A stretch of 64,000 nucleotides of DNA from Methanomassiliicoccus sp. UBA6 (lineage in GTDB: Archaea; Thermoplasmatota; Thermoplasmata; Methanomassiliicoccales; Methanomassiliicoccaceae), in contig DAVH01000062.1 of the NCBI GenBank assembly GCA_002508545.1, forward strand, positions 559-64,558. Reading direction: 5' to 3'. A program made the position numbers and the translations under genes. The notes under the pieces are model-generated. The model was not told where the DNA came from and did no database searches. It saw only the letters and a list, made by a program, of their open reading frames with translations. The number at the start of each line of letters is the position of its first letter. Within the stretch, counting starts at the first letter, position 1. This document shows, piece by piece, positions 1 to 10,611 of this stretch.

Positions 1-1729
1 GCACCCCGAGCTCCTCGTTCTCGCCGGCAAGCACTTCGACCTCCTCGGTCAGTGCCTCGTACCCTTCCGCGGTCACCGTCAGCGTGTACCTGCCCGGGGC
101 GACACCGGTGAACTCGAAGCGGCCGGAGGAATCGGTGGTCGTGGAGGCACCGCTGCTCAGCATGACCTTGGCATCGGACACCGCGCTCCCCTCGGGGCCG
201 CGCACCGTTCCGAATATGTTCCCGACATTGGCAATCGTGGTGAACGACCAGTTCACGCTGAACTCCTGTCCTCCCGCCTTCCTGCCGCTCACCGTGACCT
301 CGTACTCCTTCTCCGGCTCGAGCGGTGTGGACGGAGCGAACACCGCGTCCTCTCCGCTCCACGACAGGTCCCCGGAGACACCGCTGACCGCTATGGCCAC
401 CGAATCATGGTCCACCGCCTCCTGGAAGGAAGCGATGATCGAGGAATCGAGGCGCGCCCCGGGACCGATCGGGGATACGGTCATCGCCGGAGCCGTCGAA
501 TCGACCACGAACGCCACCGACACCTCCGACGCCCTTCCGGCGCGGTCGGTAACCTTGACCTTGGCACCGTGCTCGCCGTCCGCCAGGGTGCCGAGCGGGT
601 ACGATGTCCCGGACGCTTCCCTCCACGGCCCGTCATCGACGCTGACCTCCGTCCGAGCGATGCCCGAGGCCGGGTCCTCCGCGGACCAGGCCAACGAGAG
701 CGCCCCGCTGCCGTAGATGGCCCCGTGCCTCGGGGCCGTGATCGTCACCTCAGGCGCTGTCGTGTCTACAATGAACGATGCTTCGGCCGTGTTCTTCATC
801 GGCTCGTTGCCGGCGAGGGCGAACAGCTCGTACCGCCCGTCGCTCGGAGCGTTGAAGGTGACTGGGGCGGTGAGCTTGCCGTCCGGATGGGCCTTGTCAG
901 AGTACATCGTCCACGAGCCGCCCTCGGTCCGGTAGTAGAGCGAGAGGCTGTCCGCGTTGCTCACGGTCACCGGCACGAAGACATCCCCATGATCGTAGTA
1001 TGGGTACATGGCCCCGACCTGGGAGGTGGGGGACCCGGCCGCCGGGCTGGTGGTGGTGACCTTCACGTCATCGATCAGCACTCCCGGGTAATGGCCTACG
1101 GTCTCCGTGCTGGTCTTGAACTCCCACTCCATCCATGCCGTTCCCGCCGGAAGCTCGACCGTTGCCTGCTGCCATCCGTTGCTGTCCGGCGACGGCTGCG
1201 TCCACGCCCGGGTGGTGGTTTTTCCATCATAGATGTTGACGCACAGGTAGTCGGTCAGCTCACCCGTGAAGTCCGCTGCTTGCGTCTTCGCCCAGTACCA
1301 GAAGGTTAGCGTCATGCCGTCGTAGCTGGCGGCGTTGGGCGGAGCGAAGCGGACCCAGGAGTCCATTCCCGGATCGGGATAGCCGTTCACCAGGTTGTTG
1401 GCGCCGTTAGCGGAGTTCGTTCCCAGCCTGTTACCGTACAGCGCCGATTGGGTGGAGTGGGCGGTGATAGGCACCCCGGACCCTTGGGTGATGGTCTCCA
1501 TGGCAGTGGTGTTCACCCTGCACCACAGGTCGTCCTGGTGGTCGGCTGCGTAATCGCCTCGCGACCATCCCAGCGGCTCCCATGCGGAGATGAAGAATCC
1601 TACCCCCTCGAAATCGGTCGAGAACACGACCGTCTCGGAGGAAGCGCTCGCCTCGCCGACCGGCACCATCACGGTGAACAACAATGCGGCCACGATGACC
1701 GCCGCGGTAATAGCCCAGCTTCGACCCAC
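1..1729 (-). CDS. Secreted/cell-surface multi-beta-sandwich protein (signal peptide; MAM/adhesin-like, Ig-like and carboxypeptidase-regulatory-like modules); runs off the left edge
   Basis: Not in ORF track because no stop lies inside the window. Manual translation from GTG 1729: MGRSWAITAAVIVAALLFTVMVPVGEASASSETVVFSTDFEG...LTFWYW...GWQQATVEL...GVLIDDVKV. The + strand ORFs here are antisense shadows. Confidence 0.75.
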   Translation of the reverse strand, partial: MGRSWAITAAVIVAALLFTVMVPVGEASASSETVVFSTDFEGVGFFISAWEPLGWSRGDYAADHQDDLWCRVNTTAMETITQGSGVPITAHSTQSALYGNRLGTNSANGANNLVNGYPDPGMDSWVRFAPPNAASYDGMTLTFWYWAKTQAADFTGELTDYLCVNIYDGKTTTRAWTQPSPDSNGWQQATVELPAGTAWMEWEFKTSTETVGHYPGVLIDDVKVTTTSPAAGSPTSQVGAMYPYYDHGDVFVPVTVSNADSLSLYYRTEGGSWTMYSDKAHPDGKLTAPVTFNAPSDGRYELFALAGNEPMKNTAEASFIVDTTAPEVTITAPRHGAIYGSGALSLAWSAEDPASGIARTEVSVDDGPWREASGTSYPLGTLADGEHGAKVKVTDRAGRASEVSVAFVVDSTAPAMTVSPIGPGARLDSSIIASFQEAVDHDSVAIAVSGVSGDLSWSGEDAVFAPSTPLEPEKEYEVTVSGRKAGGQEFSVNWSFTTIANVGNIFGTVRGPEGSAVSDAKVMLSSGASTTTDSSGRFEFTGVAPGRYTLTVTAEGYEALTEEVEVLAGENEELGV

Positions 1730-2008
1730 GATGCAAATATTGCATCTACTGATATAAACACTCAACTATTGTTATCGCCTGCCGTTCCATTCGGAGATAA
1801 TATTGCTTCGCCGCTTTGCCATGACCTTCGGATACATCGCGGCGATGAACGCGGTGAACGAGGAGGCCAGCAAGGAGTAGTACAGGGCCGCAACGAAGGA
1901 TCAACGCCGCAAGACCTTCAGCATCCTGAAGCAGCATCCATGCTCGAAGAGCCGAAGTTGTGTGAAGAGCCGTTATGTCGACAAGCAAGCGGGAATCTGA
2001 ATCACAGA

Positions 2009-2371
2009 TTAGGGAGCGTTGCCTGTGCTCGAGCTTCCTCTCTTCTTCGGGTTTGGTAGCTTGATGGCCAAGAATCGGAGGTCTTCTTTCCCCGGGTTCA
2101 TAACTCGATGCGGGATTTCTCGGGGGCTATAGACAATCATGTCCTTGCTCAAGGTCAGTACCTCGTCTCCGATTTCCATCTTGCCCTCGCCATCAAGAAT
2201 ATACAAATACACATCCACCGGCGTCACATGCAACCTCACGCTTTCACCTGGCTTCATTGTCCTATGAGTTGCCTCGACATGTTCATTGTCGATGATCTTC
2301 CTCACGGTAACGCCGGGAGCAGGAGGATTTGGTGCTGCTGCCACATCCATTAATTTTACAGCTTTCATCAT
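2009..2371 (-). CDS. Cupin domain protein
   Basis: PGESVRLHVTPVDVYLYILDGEG...GDE...PREIPHRVMN cupin motifs; AGGTGA RBS upstream. Confidence 0.85.
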   Translation of the reverse strand: MMKAVKLMDVAAAPNPPAPGVTVRKIIDNEHVEATHRTMKPGESVRLHVTPVDVYLYILDGEGKMEIGDEVLTLSKDMIVYSPREIPHRVMNPGKEDLRFLAIKLPNPKKRGSSSTGNAP

Positions 2372-2892
2372 CTCACCTTTTTATCAGCGCAGCTAAGATT
2401 CCTACAACGGTGTATTAAGTGGTTGTGCGGGAGATGAGTGCCTATAAGGCCCAGAGACCTTGACGCATTTTCAACTGGATCACAGAGCTGCCTTTTCGAT
2501 AATTCATTCTCTGAAGATTCCTACATTCGGATCGGTTCAATACCGAACGAGCCAATATCTCTCGCTCTCGGAGCAGTAGTTGGCTATCGACGTGAGAGAT
2601 CTGGCTCGAGAATTCTGCTCGACGGTGACCTCCATCACCGTGAACGGCAAAATGGACCTCCTCCCGGCCATGTTCGCGCAGCTAAAAAGGAACTCAGAGA
2701 GTTGGAAATGTGGTGGACATGAAGGGGCTTCTGACTCGATCGCTCAACGTCCTGGTTTTCCGTTCTAGTGACGAATGCCTAGAGTAAGTAAGCATGTTCC
2801 ATATTTTCATAATATTAATATAAATTATTTCTACATGAATATCATCATTAATGAGGCTGCATTAACGCAGAATCCGTGAGCCAGGTGATGAT

Positions 2893-3963
2893 ATGCTTTG
2901 GAATACTCACATCAGGATCACCACCGAGGTCATTAGCCGGCTCGGAATTCGGCTGACCGGCGAGGAGTTGTCTGCTCTCAAGGAGGGCGTAGTGGCGCCC
3001 GACAAGTGGAAAGATTATCCCCACCACTACGGCAAATCTCATGATATCTGCGAGCACTTGAACCTGGCCAGATCATGTTTCCTCAAAGACGAGCTCCCGG
3101 CCGCTTACTCAAATCTGGGCATCGCCCTCCACTACATTCAGGACTCGTTCACGACCTACCCTTCCTACCTGCCTAAGCATCAGGAGTGGGAGGGATGGAT
3201 CGAGGAGGCCCATTTCGTCTCGGACATAATGGGCGCGATCCAGGGTTCGAGCATGAGCCGGTCGATGAAGGAACGGTCATCCCATCTAACTCAGGAGCTT
3301 TCGAGGGAGGTCCAGGGAAGAAGCGACACCTTGAGGATCGCCACTCTGAACGATCAGGAGAAGACCAAGGACACCATTGCGAGCCCGAAGGTGGACCTGA
3401 ACCTGGGGCTCTTAGCCAGTTACCTGGTATCGAAGTCCGTCCTCGGTCCGAAACGGAGCCCATCGCTGGATGCCCAGCTGATGAGCATTCTCAACAGGTA
3501 CGAGGACCTTCTCAGATCAGCGGAGAAGGAGGCCTCATCGAAGATCATCGCGCTCATCAAGCAGCGGAACGAGCTATCGGAGAGAATGGTGCTTCCAAAT
3601 GGGATGATCGCTAAGCTGAAGAACTGGCTCACGAGCAGGAAGCTAAGATCACTGGATATGCAGGTCGCCTTGAAGAAAAAAATCTACTTCGGTCGAGAGC
3701 ACCTGGTGAGGATCGCCGATCAATATAACAAGGAAACGCGGAAGATCGCCTGGGAAAACGATGGGTGGTACATCTACCGCGTCCCTCCCATCGATACAAG
3801 CACCATTGCGAGCGAACTATTGGACCTGAGGGCGGCCTCAACGGTCATCCGCTTGGGCCGGGGTGAGCTGAAAGGGCGGTTGTCGGAGAGAGGTTTGCCG
3901 GTCTACATCGTTGACGGTTGTGAGATCGTTGAACGGGCCAGCGTTGACGCCTTGACCACTTAG
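2893..3963 (+). CDS. Zinc-dependent phospholipase C/P1-nuclease-like domain protein with helical/coiled C-terminal region
   Basis: N-terminal W-x-x-H (WNTH), GVVAPD, HHY and LGIALHYIQD match Zn-dependent PLC metal-ligand motifs. Confidence 0.65.
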   Translation: MLWNTHIRITTEVISRLGIRLTGEELSALKEGVVAPDKWKDYPHHYGKSHDICEHLNLARSCFLKDELPAAYSNLGIALHYIQDSFTTYPSYLPKHQEWEGWIEEAHFVSDIMGAIQGSSMSRSMKERSSHLTQELSREVQGRSDTLRIATLNDQEKTKDTIASPKVDLNLGLLASYLVSKSVLGPKRSPSLDAQLMSILNRYEDLLRSAEKEASSKIIALIKQRNELSERMVLPNGMIAKLKNWLTSRKLRSLDMQVALKKKIYFGREHLVRIADQYNKETRKIAWENDGWYIYRVPPIDTSTIASELLDLRAASTVIRLGRGELKGRLSERGLPVYIVDGCEIVERASVDALTT

Positions 3964-4184
3964 AGACAGCGTTAAAGGTCAAGCGCGATCTATGAACTCC
4001 CATGCTCTCATGGCCTTGTCCGACCAGCCATGCTGATGATCGAGCAACTCGAGCGGCCCAACGCATGGGCCATAGGTCAAACTTCTCCCCGGAGAATCGA
4101 AAGGGATCGGCAAGCCACCAAAGAGCCTCCGGCCGACCGGACCTCATTAGAATTCCTGATTACAATACTGGATGTGGATAAAAG

Positions 4185-4257
4185 TGGACAGGGGGGGATT
4201 TGAACCCCCGGCCTCTACCATGCCAAGGTAGCGATCTTCCAACTGATCTACCTGCCC
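4185..4257 (-). tRNA. tRNA-Ala(GGC)
   Basis: Reverse complement GGGCAGGTAGATCAGTTGGAAGATCGCTACCTTGGCATGGTAGAGGCCGGGGGTTCAAATCCCCCCCTGTCCA folds as a cloverleaf; anticodon GGC; G3:U70 pair. Confidence 0.95.
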
Positions 4258-4320
4258 AGTGTTACCTGGCAAAGTAATGCCCCTAATTAAAGGTTTTCAT
4301 GACGGCCCAGACTGGGCGAC

Positions 4321-5085
4321 ATGAGCGGCTCCGAAGTGACCCTTATTAGCCCGCCCGCCGATGCGCTGCCCATGGAGCTTCACGAGAAGATGCCCCGCCT
4401 GGTGCGGAGGCTGGGAGGGGACCTGTACGGGGTGGCGGACCTGACCCTGGCCAGGGCCGCGGTCATGGACCAGGGAGGCATCGACGTGGACGAGTACCCT
4501 CGCGCGGTGTCCATCGGCATCCGCCTCATGGACAGCATCATCGATCAGCTGCCTCAGGGCCGGGAGACTAGGGCGGTCGGGGTGACCTACCATACAGAAT
4601 GCTACGAGTACGTGAACCGGCGGCTCGACGACATCGCCTCCCGCGTGGCGTCCGCTCTGCAGAACGCCGGATTCAGGGCGCTGCCCATACCGGCGAGCGA
4701 GCGCATCGACGACCAGCGCATCTGCGCCATGTTCTCGCACAAGCTCGCCGCCCATCTCGCCGGCCTCGGATGGATCGGCCGCAGCTGCCTCCTCATCACT
4801 CCGCAGTACGGCCCCCGGGTGCGATGGATCTCGGTGCTCACCGACGCTCCCCTTCCCGCCGGAGAGCCGATGAGCGACGGATGCGGCTTCTGCCGCCACT
4901 GCGTGGACGCCTGCCCGGTGAAGGCCATCAAGGGTCCGGCGTTCCGGGAGAGCGAACCGCGCGAGTCCCGCTATGACGCCCTGGCCTGCCAGGAGTACCT
5001 CGAAGAGCTAGGAGGGAGAAAAGAAAGGGCGGTGTGCGGTATGTGCATCGCCTTCTGCCCACACGGACGTAAGAAGAGATACTAG
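4321..5085 (+). CDS. Epoxyqueuosine reductase/reductive dehalogenase-like 4Fe-4S dicluster protein
   Basis: [36 protein letters not shown] and CGMCIAFCP. Confidence 0.8.
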   Translation: MSGSEVTLISPPADALPMELHEKMPRLVRRLGGDLYGVADLTLARAAVMDQGGIDVDEYPRAVSIGIRLMDSIIDQLPQGRETRAVGVTYHTECYEYVNRRLDDIASRVASALQNAGFRALPIPASERIDDQRICAMFSHKLAAHLAGLGWIGRSCLLITPQYGPRVRWISVLTDAPLPAGEPMSDGCGFCRHCVDACPVKAIKGPAFRESEPRESRYDALACQEYLEELGGRKERAVCGMCIAFCPHGRKKRY

Positions 5086-6497
5086 ATGTCCAGTTTCTTC
5101 TGGAAGCGCATCTTCTCGCCCGGCACGTTGGTCGGGTACTCGCCGTTGAGGCAGGCGAGGCAGAGATCGTTCTCGGGTATCTGGAGCGCTTCCTCCAGGC
5201 CCTTCAGCGATATGTACCCGAGGCTGTCGGCGGTGAGGTACTCGGCGATCTGCGGAACGGTCTTGTTGTTGGCGATGAACTGCTCCCGGGTCTTCATGTC
5301 GATGCCGTAGTAGCACGGGGCGCGCACCGGCGGGCAGCCGATGCGGACATGGACCTCCTTCGCTCCGCCGCGGCGCAGCATCTGCACGATCTTGCGCAGC
5401 GTCGTCCCGCGGACGATGGAGTCGTCGACCACGACCACGCTCTTGCCGTAGATCGTGGACTTGATGGGGTTCAGCTTGATGCTGACACCCTCCTCCCTCT
5501 GGGACTGTTCGGGCATGATGAACGTGCGCTCGACATAGCGGTTCTTCATCAGCCCCTCGTCGTACGATATGCCGGAGCCGATGGCGTAGCCGAGGGCATG
5601 GGCGCGTCCGGAGTCCGGAACGGGTATCACCACGTCCGCGACCGCCGGTTGCTCCTTGGCGAGGACCTTGCCAATGGTCTTGCGGACATCGTAGACCTCC
5701 CGGCCGTCGATGACCGAGTCCGGGCGGGCGAAGTACACCCACTCGAACATGCAGTGGGCCCGATGGGCCGGGCCGGCCAACCTGGACGGGACGAAGGAGT
5801 CCTTGGTGATCTCGATGATCTCTCCGGGCATCACGTCACGGATGAACTCGCCCTGGAGGACGTCGAAGACCGATGATTCGGAAGCTAGGCAGTAGCCGTG
5901 CGGGAGCTTGCCGATGCACAGGGGGCGGAAGCCCAGCGGGTCCCGGACGCCGAAGACGCGGCCGCCGACCATGATGACCAGCGAGTACGCGCCGTCGAGG
6001 AACTTCATCGTCGAGCGTATCGCCTTGATCGGGTCGACGCCCTGCTTGAGCTCGTTGGCCAGGATGCGGACGATGATCTCCGAGTCGGTGGTGGTGAGGA
6101 AAGCCCAGCCTTCGCTCTGGAACTTGGTCCTGAGCTTGGCGGAGTTGACGATGTCCCCGTTGTGACCCAGCGCCACATCGCCGGCCGACGAAGTGACCAC
6201 GATGGGCTGGGCGTTCTGCGAGCACGCCGACCCGGTAGTGGCATAGCGGACATGGCCGATGCCGACGTTGCCCTTCAGCGCTTCGAACTCCTTGCCCGCC
6301 AGCACCTCATGGACCAGTCCAGCGCCCCTCACATAGCGGGTGGCTTGGCCGTCAAAAACGACAACCCCGGCGGCCTCCTGGCCCCGGTGTTGGATTATCC
6401 TTAGAGAACGTTTCAGTTCGAAAGCGGCGCTGGTGTCCAGCGCCATGGCGACAACCCCGCAATAGTGCTTGGGTTTGTCGTCCATGCTTTCGACCAC
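5082..6497 (-). CDS. purF: Amidophosphoribosyltransferase
   Basis: Propeptide then [37 protein letters not shown] loop, PCYYGIDM. Confidence 0.97.
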   Translation of the reverse strand: MVESMDDKPKHYCGVVAMALDTSAAFELKRSLRIIQHRGQEAAGVVVFDGQATRYVRGAGLVHEVLAGKEFEALKGNVGIGHVRYATTGSACSQNAQPIVVTSSAGDVALGHNGDIVNSAKLRTKFQSEGWAFLTTTDSEIIVRILANELKQGVDPIKAIRSTMKFLDGAYSLVIMVGGRVFGVRDPLGFRPLCIGKLPHGYCLASESSVFDVLQGEFIRDVMPGEIIEITKDSFVPSRLAGPAHRAHCMFEWVYFARPDSVIDGREVYDVRKTIGKVLAKEQPAVADVVIPVPDSGRAHALGYAIGSGISYDEGLMKNRYVERTFIMPEQSQREEGVSIKLNPIKSTIYGKSVVVVDDSIVRGTTLRKIVQMLRRGGAKEVHVRIGCPPVRAPCYYGIDMKTREQFIANNKTVPQIAEYLTADSLGYISLKGLEEALQIPENDLCLACLNGEYPTNVPGEKMRFQKKLDI

Positions 6498-6501
6498 GGA
6501 C

Positions 6502-6669
6502 CTAGTGCTGCTTGGCCCAGGAATAGGACCTCAACCTCGTGGTCTTGCCATAGCCGCAGGAGGCGCAGGTACCCTTCTGCATGTTGTACGCGCTCTTGCC
6601 GCAGCGGCGGCAGGGGATATGCGACTTGCCGCTCGATCTCTTACCCATTGACGGAGTGCCCTTTCCCAT
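6502..6669 (-). CDS. rpl37e: 50S ribosomal protein L37e
   Basis: Below ORF-track size. Manual translation [55 protein letters not shown]; conserved Lsm-L37e pairing. Confidence 0.97.
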   Translation of the reverse strand: MGKGTPSMGKRSSGKSHIPCRRCGKSAYNMQKGTCASCGYGKTTRLRSYSWAKQH

Positions 6670-6681
6670 TTCCTCATCTCC

Positions 6682-6897
6682 TTACGGTGAAATGTATATA
6701 ACGTTGTCCCCGCGCACGATGGTCACATCGAGCTTTCTCACCACTTCGTTGTTGATGAGCTCTTCCGCGTTCCTGAGGACCAGGTTCATATGCGGGTCGT
6801 ATCCGTCCAGGATCCCCCGGTATTCCCTATTGGCCTTCAGCTCGACGATCACGGGACGGTTGATCGCCTGGTTCAGAACGGTCAGAGGTTTCTGCAT
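6682..6897 (-). CDS. Sm-like (Lsm/SmAP1) RNA-binding protein
   Basis: [14 protein letters not shown] (Sm1) and [12 protein letters not shown] (Sm2). Confidence 0.95.
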   Translation of the reverse strand: MQKPLTVLNQAINRPVIVELKANREYRGILDGYDPHMNLVLRNAEELINNEVVRKLDVTIVRGDNVIYISP

Positions 6898-6957
6898 ATT
6901 ACAGCCACCAATCTGCCCCATAAACCGAGGAGTATTTTAAGCTTCCTAGGTCCGCCG

Positions 6958-8079
6958 TCAGAGGAACGCTCCGATGGCGGGGGCGTCCAGACGGTCCATG
7001 TCGTAGGAGATTATTCCCTCGATCATACCCTGGCGGTCGAGCTTTCCCTTTCGCATGTAGGCCACCAGGGAGGAGCGCCACAGCAGGTCCAGCGCCGCGG
7101 CGGCCAGTGCGCCGAAGTAGGTGTTGGAGAGCGGGTCCTCGTACCCGTAGTCGTCGACTAGGTAGCAGGCGTAGCCGAACATAGAGTCCCTCCGGTTCAG
7201 CGTTCCCATGTACGAGCGGAACACCTCCACCCCGTCGCCCTCGGGAGCGAGGAGCGGGACCTGCCGGGGATCGATCGAGCGTACCGGCGTCAGGGAGCCG
7301 TCATCGTTCATGATCGACCACTCCACCTTACCGTTCCGCGACAGCATGAGGTTCCACCTGCCATCGGGATCGCAGTACACCGGGGCGGAGAATACATCCT
7401 CGGCGCTCAGCGACTCCAGGCCGGTCTCGCGGGCCGAGGTCTCCAGCTCCCGCCGGTCGTACTCCGGTGACCTGAGGGGCGCAGGCATTCCTTCCATCTC
7501 CTCGTCCTCGGCCGAGAGGTCGAGGACCTTGGCCAGGTACTGGACGTCCGCCAGCTCCCCGATCCAGGCGGAGACGCTGCGGCGCAGGGCCTCCGGCGCG
7601 CGGTAGATTCCCGCGTCGGCGCAGTTCGCCTCGAACTCCCGGTACACCTCCCGCGACTCCTGTAGGGTGCGGGCCAGCGCGTCGCGGTTGTCGGCGACCA
7701 GCTTGCCGCCGGCGACCAGGGCGTCCTCCTTGCCGCCGTACCATACGCCCCGGCAGGAGAGGTCCAGCTCCACCTGGACCCTGGTGCCGACGTAAAGGTG
7801 GAAGGGGAACTGTCGGCAGTAGTGCGGCCGGTCGGAGTAGATCTGGCACCTGCGGTTCGGGGCCAGGAAGGTGCACGGTCCCTCGCCCCCCTTCAGCGCC
7901 AGCGCGACGTGGCGGTGGGGCTCGTTCTTCATCACGATCCGGGACGGGTGGTCCTTCTTGAAGAAGGGGACCTCGTGGGGCAGGACCTCCGCCTGGCACA
8001 GGCAGCACAGCCCGCACTTGTCGTCACAGGTGAATGTTCTGCCCTCCAGCTCCGACATGTCCACGTCTAGATCAAGCAA
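6958..8079 (-). CDS. YkgJ-family (CxxCxxCC) cysteine-cluster protein with extended C-terminus
   Basis: FTCDDKCGLCC, CTFL, CQIYSDRPHYCRQFPF; alternative start ATG 8058. Confidence 0.8.
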   Translation of the reverse strand: MLDLDVDMSELEGRTFTCDDKCGLCCLCQAEVLPHEVPFFKKDHPSRIVMKNEPHRHVALALKGGEGPCTFLAPNRRCQIYSDRPHYCRQFPFHLYVGTRVQVELDLSCRGVWYGGKEDALVAGGKLVADNRDALARTLQESREVYREFEANCADAGIYRAPEALRRSVSAWIGELADVQYLAKVLDLSAEDEEMEGMPAPLRSPEYDRRELETSARETGLESLSAEDVFSAPVYCDPDGRWNLMLSRNGKVEWSIMNDDGSLTPVRSIDPRQVPLLAPEGDGVEVFRSYMGTLNRRDSMFGYACYLVDDYGYEDPLSNTYFGALAAAALDLLWRSSLVAYMRKGKLDRQGMIEGIISYDMDRLDAPAIGAFL

Positions 8080-9319
8080 CTACGTCCCTGCCCGCCCTCT
8101 CCCCGACGACGCTTCCGTCCTCCACCACCACGCTGCCGCGCACCATGGTGGCGTGCGGGAATATCGCGTCGAAGCCTTCGTAGAGGGTCCAGCCGCACTT
8201 GCTGTGGAGGTTATTAACCTTTATGCCCCCCATGGTCCTGGTGTCCACGATCATCAGGTCGGCGTCCCGGCCCACCTCGATCCGCCCCTTGTTCAGGCCG
8301 AAGAGCTCGGCCGGCCGCTCGGCCATCGCCCTCACGAGCACGTCCAGCGGAAGCATGCCTTTCTTCACCAGGGCGAGCATCAGGGGCACCTGGGTCTCCA
8401 CCCCTGGCATGCCCGATGGTGCGGCGGAGAACTCCTGCTCCTTGTCCTCGAGGGTGTGCGGGGCGTGATCGGACCCGAGCATCTCGATCCTTCCGGCGAT
8501 GAACGCCTGCAGCAGGGCCAGGCGGTCCTGCTCCGTCCTGAGGGGAGGGTTCACCTTGGCGAACGCCCCATGTTCTGAATCGCGGTCCAGGAACATGTGG
8601 TGCGCGGTGACCTCCTTGTCGAGCTTCAGCTCCTCCGCCGCCCTCAGCCCGTCGAGCGAGGAGACGTGGCAGACGTTGGTCCGGCAGCCCAGGGAGGGAA
8701 GCTTTCTGATCGCCGACACCTCCGCCGCGGAGGGACGGTTCCTCAGGTGATCGCGGAGGTCGCGCTCCGCCTCGGTGCCGATGAGTGCTTCGTCCTCGGT
8801 GTGCACGCTGAGTACTTTGCCCGTGCCGCTAACCGCCCGGCCTATGCGCAGCATATCCTTCTCCTCGGTCACCAGGAGCTTTCCGGTGGAGGAGCCCATG
8901 AACATCTTGAACCCGATGACGTGCGGGGCCATCGGTTCCAGCTTGCCACCGGGCACGCATCCGGCGAAGAGGCCGTAGTCGACCCACGCCTTCCGGGCGA
9001 TCGCCTCCTTCTTCTCCATGAGGTCCCTCAGCCCCACCGCTGGCGGCAGGGTGTTGGGCATGTCCAGGACGCACCCGACGCCTCCGCAGGCGGCGGCCAG
9101 GGTCCCGGTGGCGAAGTCCTCCTTGGCTGTGAGGCCGGGGTCCCTGAAGTGGACGTGGGGATCGATCGCCGCCGGGAGGATCAGCATGTGCCGGCAGTCC
9201 AGCTTCTCGTCTCCTCTCAGGCTCTTCCCCAGCGCTGCGATCTTTCCGTCCTCGATCCCGATGCCCCAGTTAGACAGCTTTCCCTTCACGAAGGCGCGGC
9301 CTTCAACGACAAGCTCCAT
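8072..9319 (-). CDS. pyrC: Dihydroorotase
   Basis: IDPHVHFRDPG, DMPNT, KVNPPLR, SDHAPH, PSGMPGVE. Confidence 0.92.
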   Translation of the reverse strand: MELVVEGRAFVKGKLSNWGIGIEDGKIAALGKSLRGDEKLDCRHMLILPAAIDPHVHFRDPGLTAKEDFATGTLAAACGGVGCVLDMPNTLPPAVGLRDLMEKKEAIARKAWVDYGLFAGCVPGGKLEPMAPHVIGFKMFMGSSTGKLLVTEEKDMLRIGRAVSGTGKVLSVHTEDEALIGTEAERDLRDHLRNRPSAAEVSAIRKLPSLGCRTNVCHVSSLDGLRAAEELKLDKEVTAHHMFLDRDSEHGAFAKVNPPLRTEQDRLALLQAFIAGRIEMLGSDHAPHTLEDKEQEFSAAPSGMPGVETQVPLMLALVKKGMLPLDVLVRAMAERPAELFGLNKGRIEVGRDADLMIVDTRTMGGIKVNNLHSKCGWTLYEGFDAIFPHATMVRGSVVVEDGSVVGERAGRDVVA

Positions 9320-9911
9320 GCGTGATCTCCTTTCTGACCGTCCGGCCCCTGGGGCTCTCCTCGGCGAATATCTCGCCCCCGAACCGGTAGAACTTGGTGC
9401 GCCGGTCGAGCCACATGTCAGGGGCCATCCCCGCCTTCATGCACGTCTGCCCCAAGAACTCTTCGGCGTCCCAGCCCCACTCCACCGGCACCTGCGGCAG
9501 CAGGAGGCCGCGGTACGGGCCGTACTCGGCGATTAGGCCGTCCCTCCCCACCTCGACCATCTTGGGGAGCTCCTTGCGGTCGCTCACCTTGATCTCCTCC
9601 GGAGGGGTGAGGACCGTGACCTCGACCACGATGCCGTCCAGCTCCTCCTTATGGAGGTCCTCGAAGCGGGGGTCGTGGCAGGCGTGCTGGGCCGCCTGCA
9701 GTATGGCGCTCGCCAGCGAGAACATGGGCTCGGGGAACCCGATGCATCCCCTCAGCAGATGGCTGGGATACGAGCTCAGGGTGACGAACACCCCTCTTTT
9801 CTCCCGGAAGCTCTCGGGCGCGTCCACGCGCCCCTCGCTCTCTCCCGTGACCTCGGCTTCCACCGCCTGCCTGGCCATCCTGACCGCCAGCTCGCCCTCG
9901 CTGTCCTTCAT
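9303..9911 (-). CDS. AMMECR1-domain protein (TIGR00296-like)
   Basis: GVFVT, LRGCIG, DPRF, GLLLPQV motifs. Confidence 0.92.
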   Translation of the reverse strand: MKDSEGELAVRMARQAVEAEVTGESEGRVDAPESFREKRGVFVTLSSYPSHLLRGCIGFPEPMFSLASAILQAAQHACHDPRFEDLHKEELDGIVVEVTVLTPPEEIKVSDRKELPKMVEVGRDGLIAEYGPYRGLLLPQVPVEWGWDAEEFLGQTCMKAGMAPDMWLDRRTKFYRFGGEIFAEESPRGRTVRKEITHGACR

Positions 9912-10019
9912 TGGTCAACCCACCACTGAGAAGCGATGGGGACATTTATCATGGTTTGCAGGGCGCCCGGGGTTTCGCGGGACCAATGTTTTTCTACCGC
10001 TCCCTCGCATCGATATATC

Positions 10020-10610
10020 ATGGCCGTGGAACGCGCGCGGGACATCTATGTCGAGGAGATCATGAGCAAGGTACCGGTGGTCGGCAGCCCGGACCTGACG
10101 GCCAAGGACCTTGCCGTCCTCATGCGGGCCATGAAGGTGGGCAGCGTCATCATCGTCAAGGACGGCTGCCCGATGGGCATCGTCACCGAGAGGGACTTCG
10201 TCGACAAGCTGGTCGCCGAGGACCGGAAGCCCGGCGAGGTGAGGGCGGAGAACATCATGACCGCTCCCCTGGTGACCATCGGCCCCCGGGAGAGCGTGGC
10301 CGAGGCCGGCAGGAAGATGGCCAGGCTTCAGCTGCGCCGGCTGCCGGTGGTCATGGACAACCGGCTGGTGGGGATGCTGACGGAGAACGACATCACCCGG
10401 CTATCGCCGTCATTGATCGAGATCACCCGGGAGTGGAAGAACATCAACATCCCGGTGGAGGATGTGAGAGAGCCGGAGGCCCTCATTGGCTACTGCGAGA
10501 ACTGCGAGAACTTCTCGTACGACCTCCGGCAGACCGGCGGGGTGACCGGCCGGGGGCACCTGCTGTGCGCGGAGTGCCGGGACATCTTCCTGCGCGAGCC
10601 CACCGAGTGA
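10020..10610 (+). CDS. CBS-pair protein with C-terminal zinc ribbon
   Basis: Two CBS repeats (GIVTERD, GMLTENDI), then GYCENC...LCAEC. Confidence 0.88.
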   Translation: MAVERARDIYVEEIMSKVPVVGSPDLTAKDLAVLMRAMKVGSVIIVKDGCPMGIVTERDFVDKLVAEDRKPGEVRAENIMTAPLVTIGPRESVAEAGRKMARLQLRRLPVVMDNRLVGMLTENDITRLSPSLIEITREWKNINIPVEDVREPEALIGYCENCENFSYDLRQTGGVTGRGHLLCAECRDIFLREPTE

Positions 10611-10611
10611 C

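Noticed and set aside
84..1309. + strand ORFs 84-716, 407-1309 and 717-935
   Set aside because: Antisense shadows of the minus-strand surface-protein gene; no recognisable motifs.
2580..2768. 62-aa ORF (TTG start) in the low-GC islet
   Set aside because: No motif or clear RBS; may be a gene remnant but cannot be supported.
3990..4180. Possible degenerate tyrosine-integrase remnant next to tRNA-Ala (SHAL... and QRMGHRS in different frames)
   Set aside because: Similarity is only a few residues across frames; I found no duplicated tRNA 3' end (att site) on the other side of the islet.
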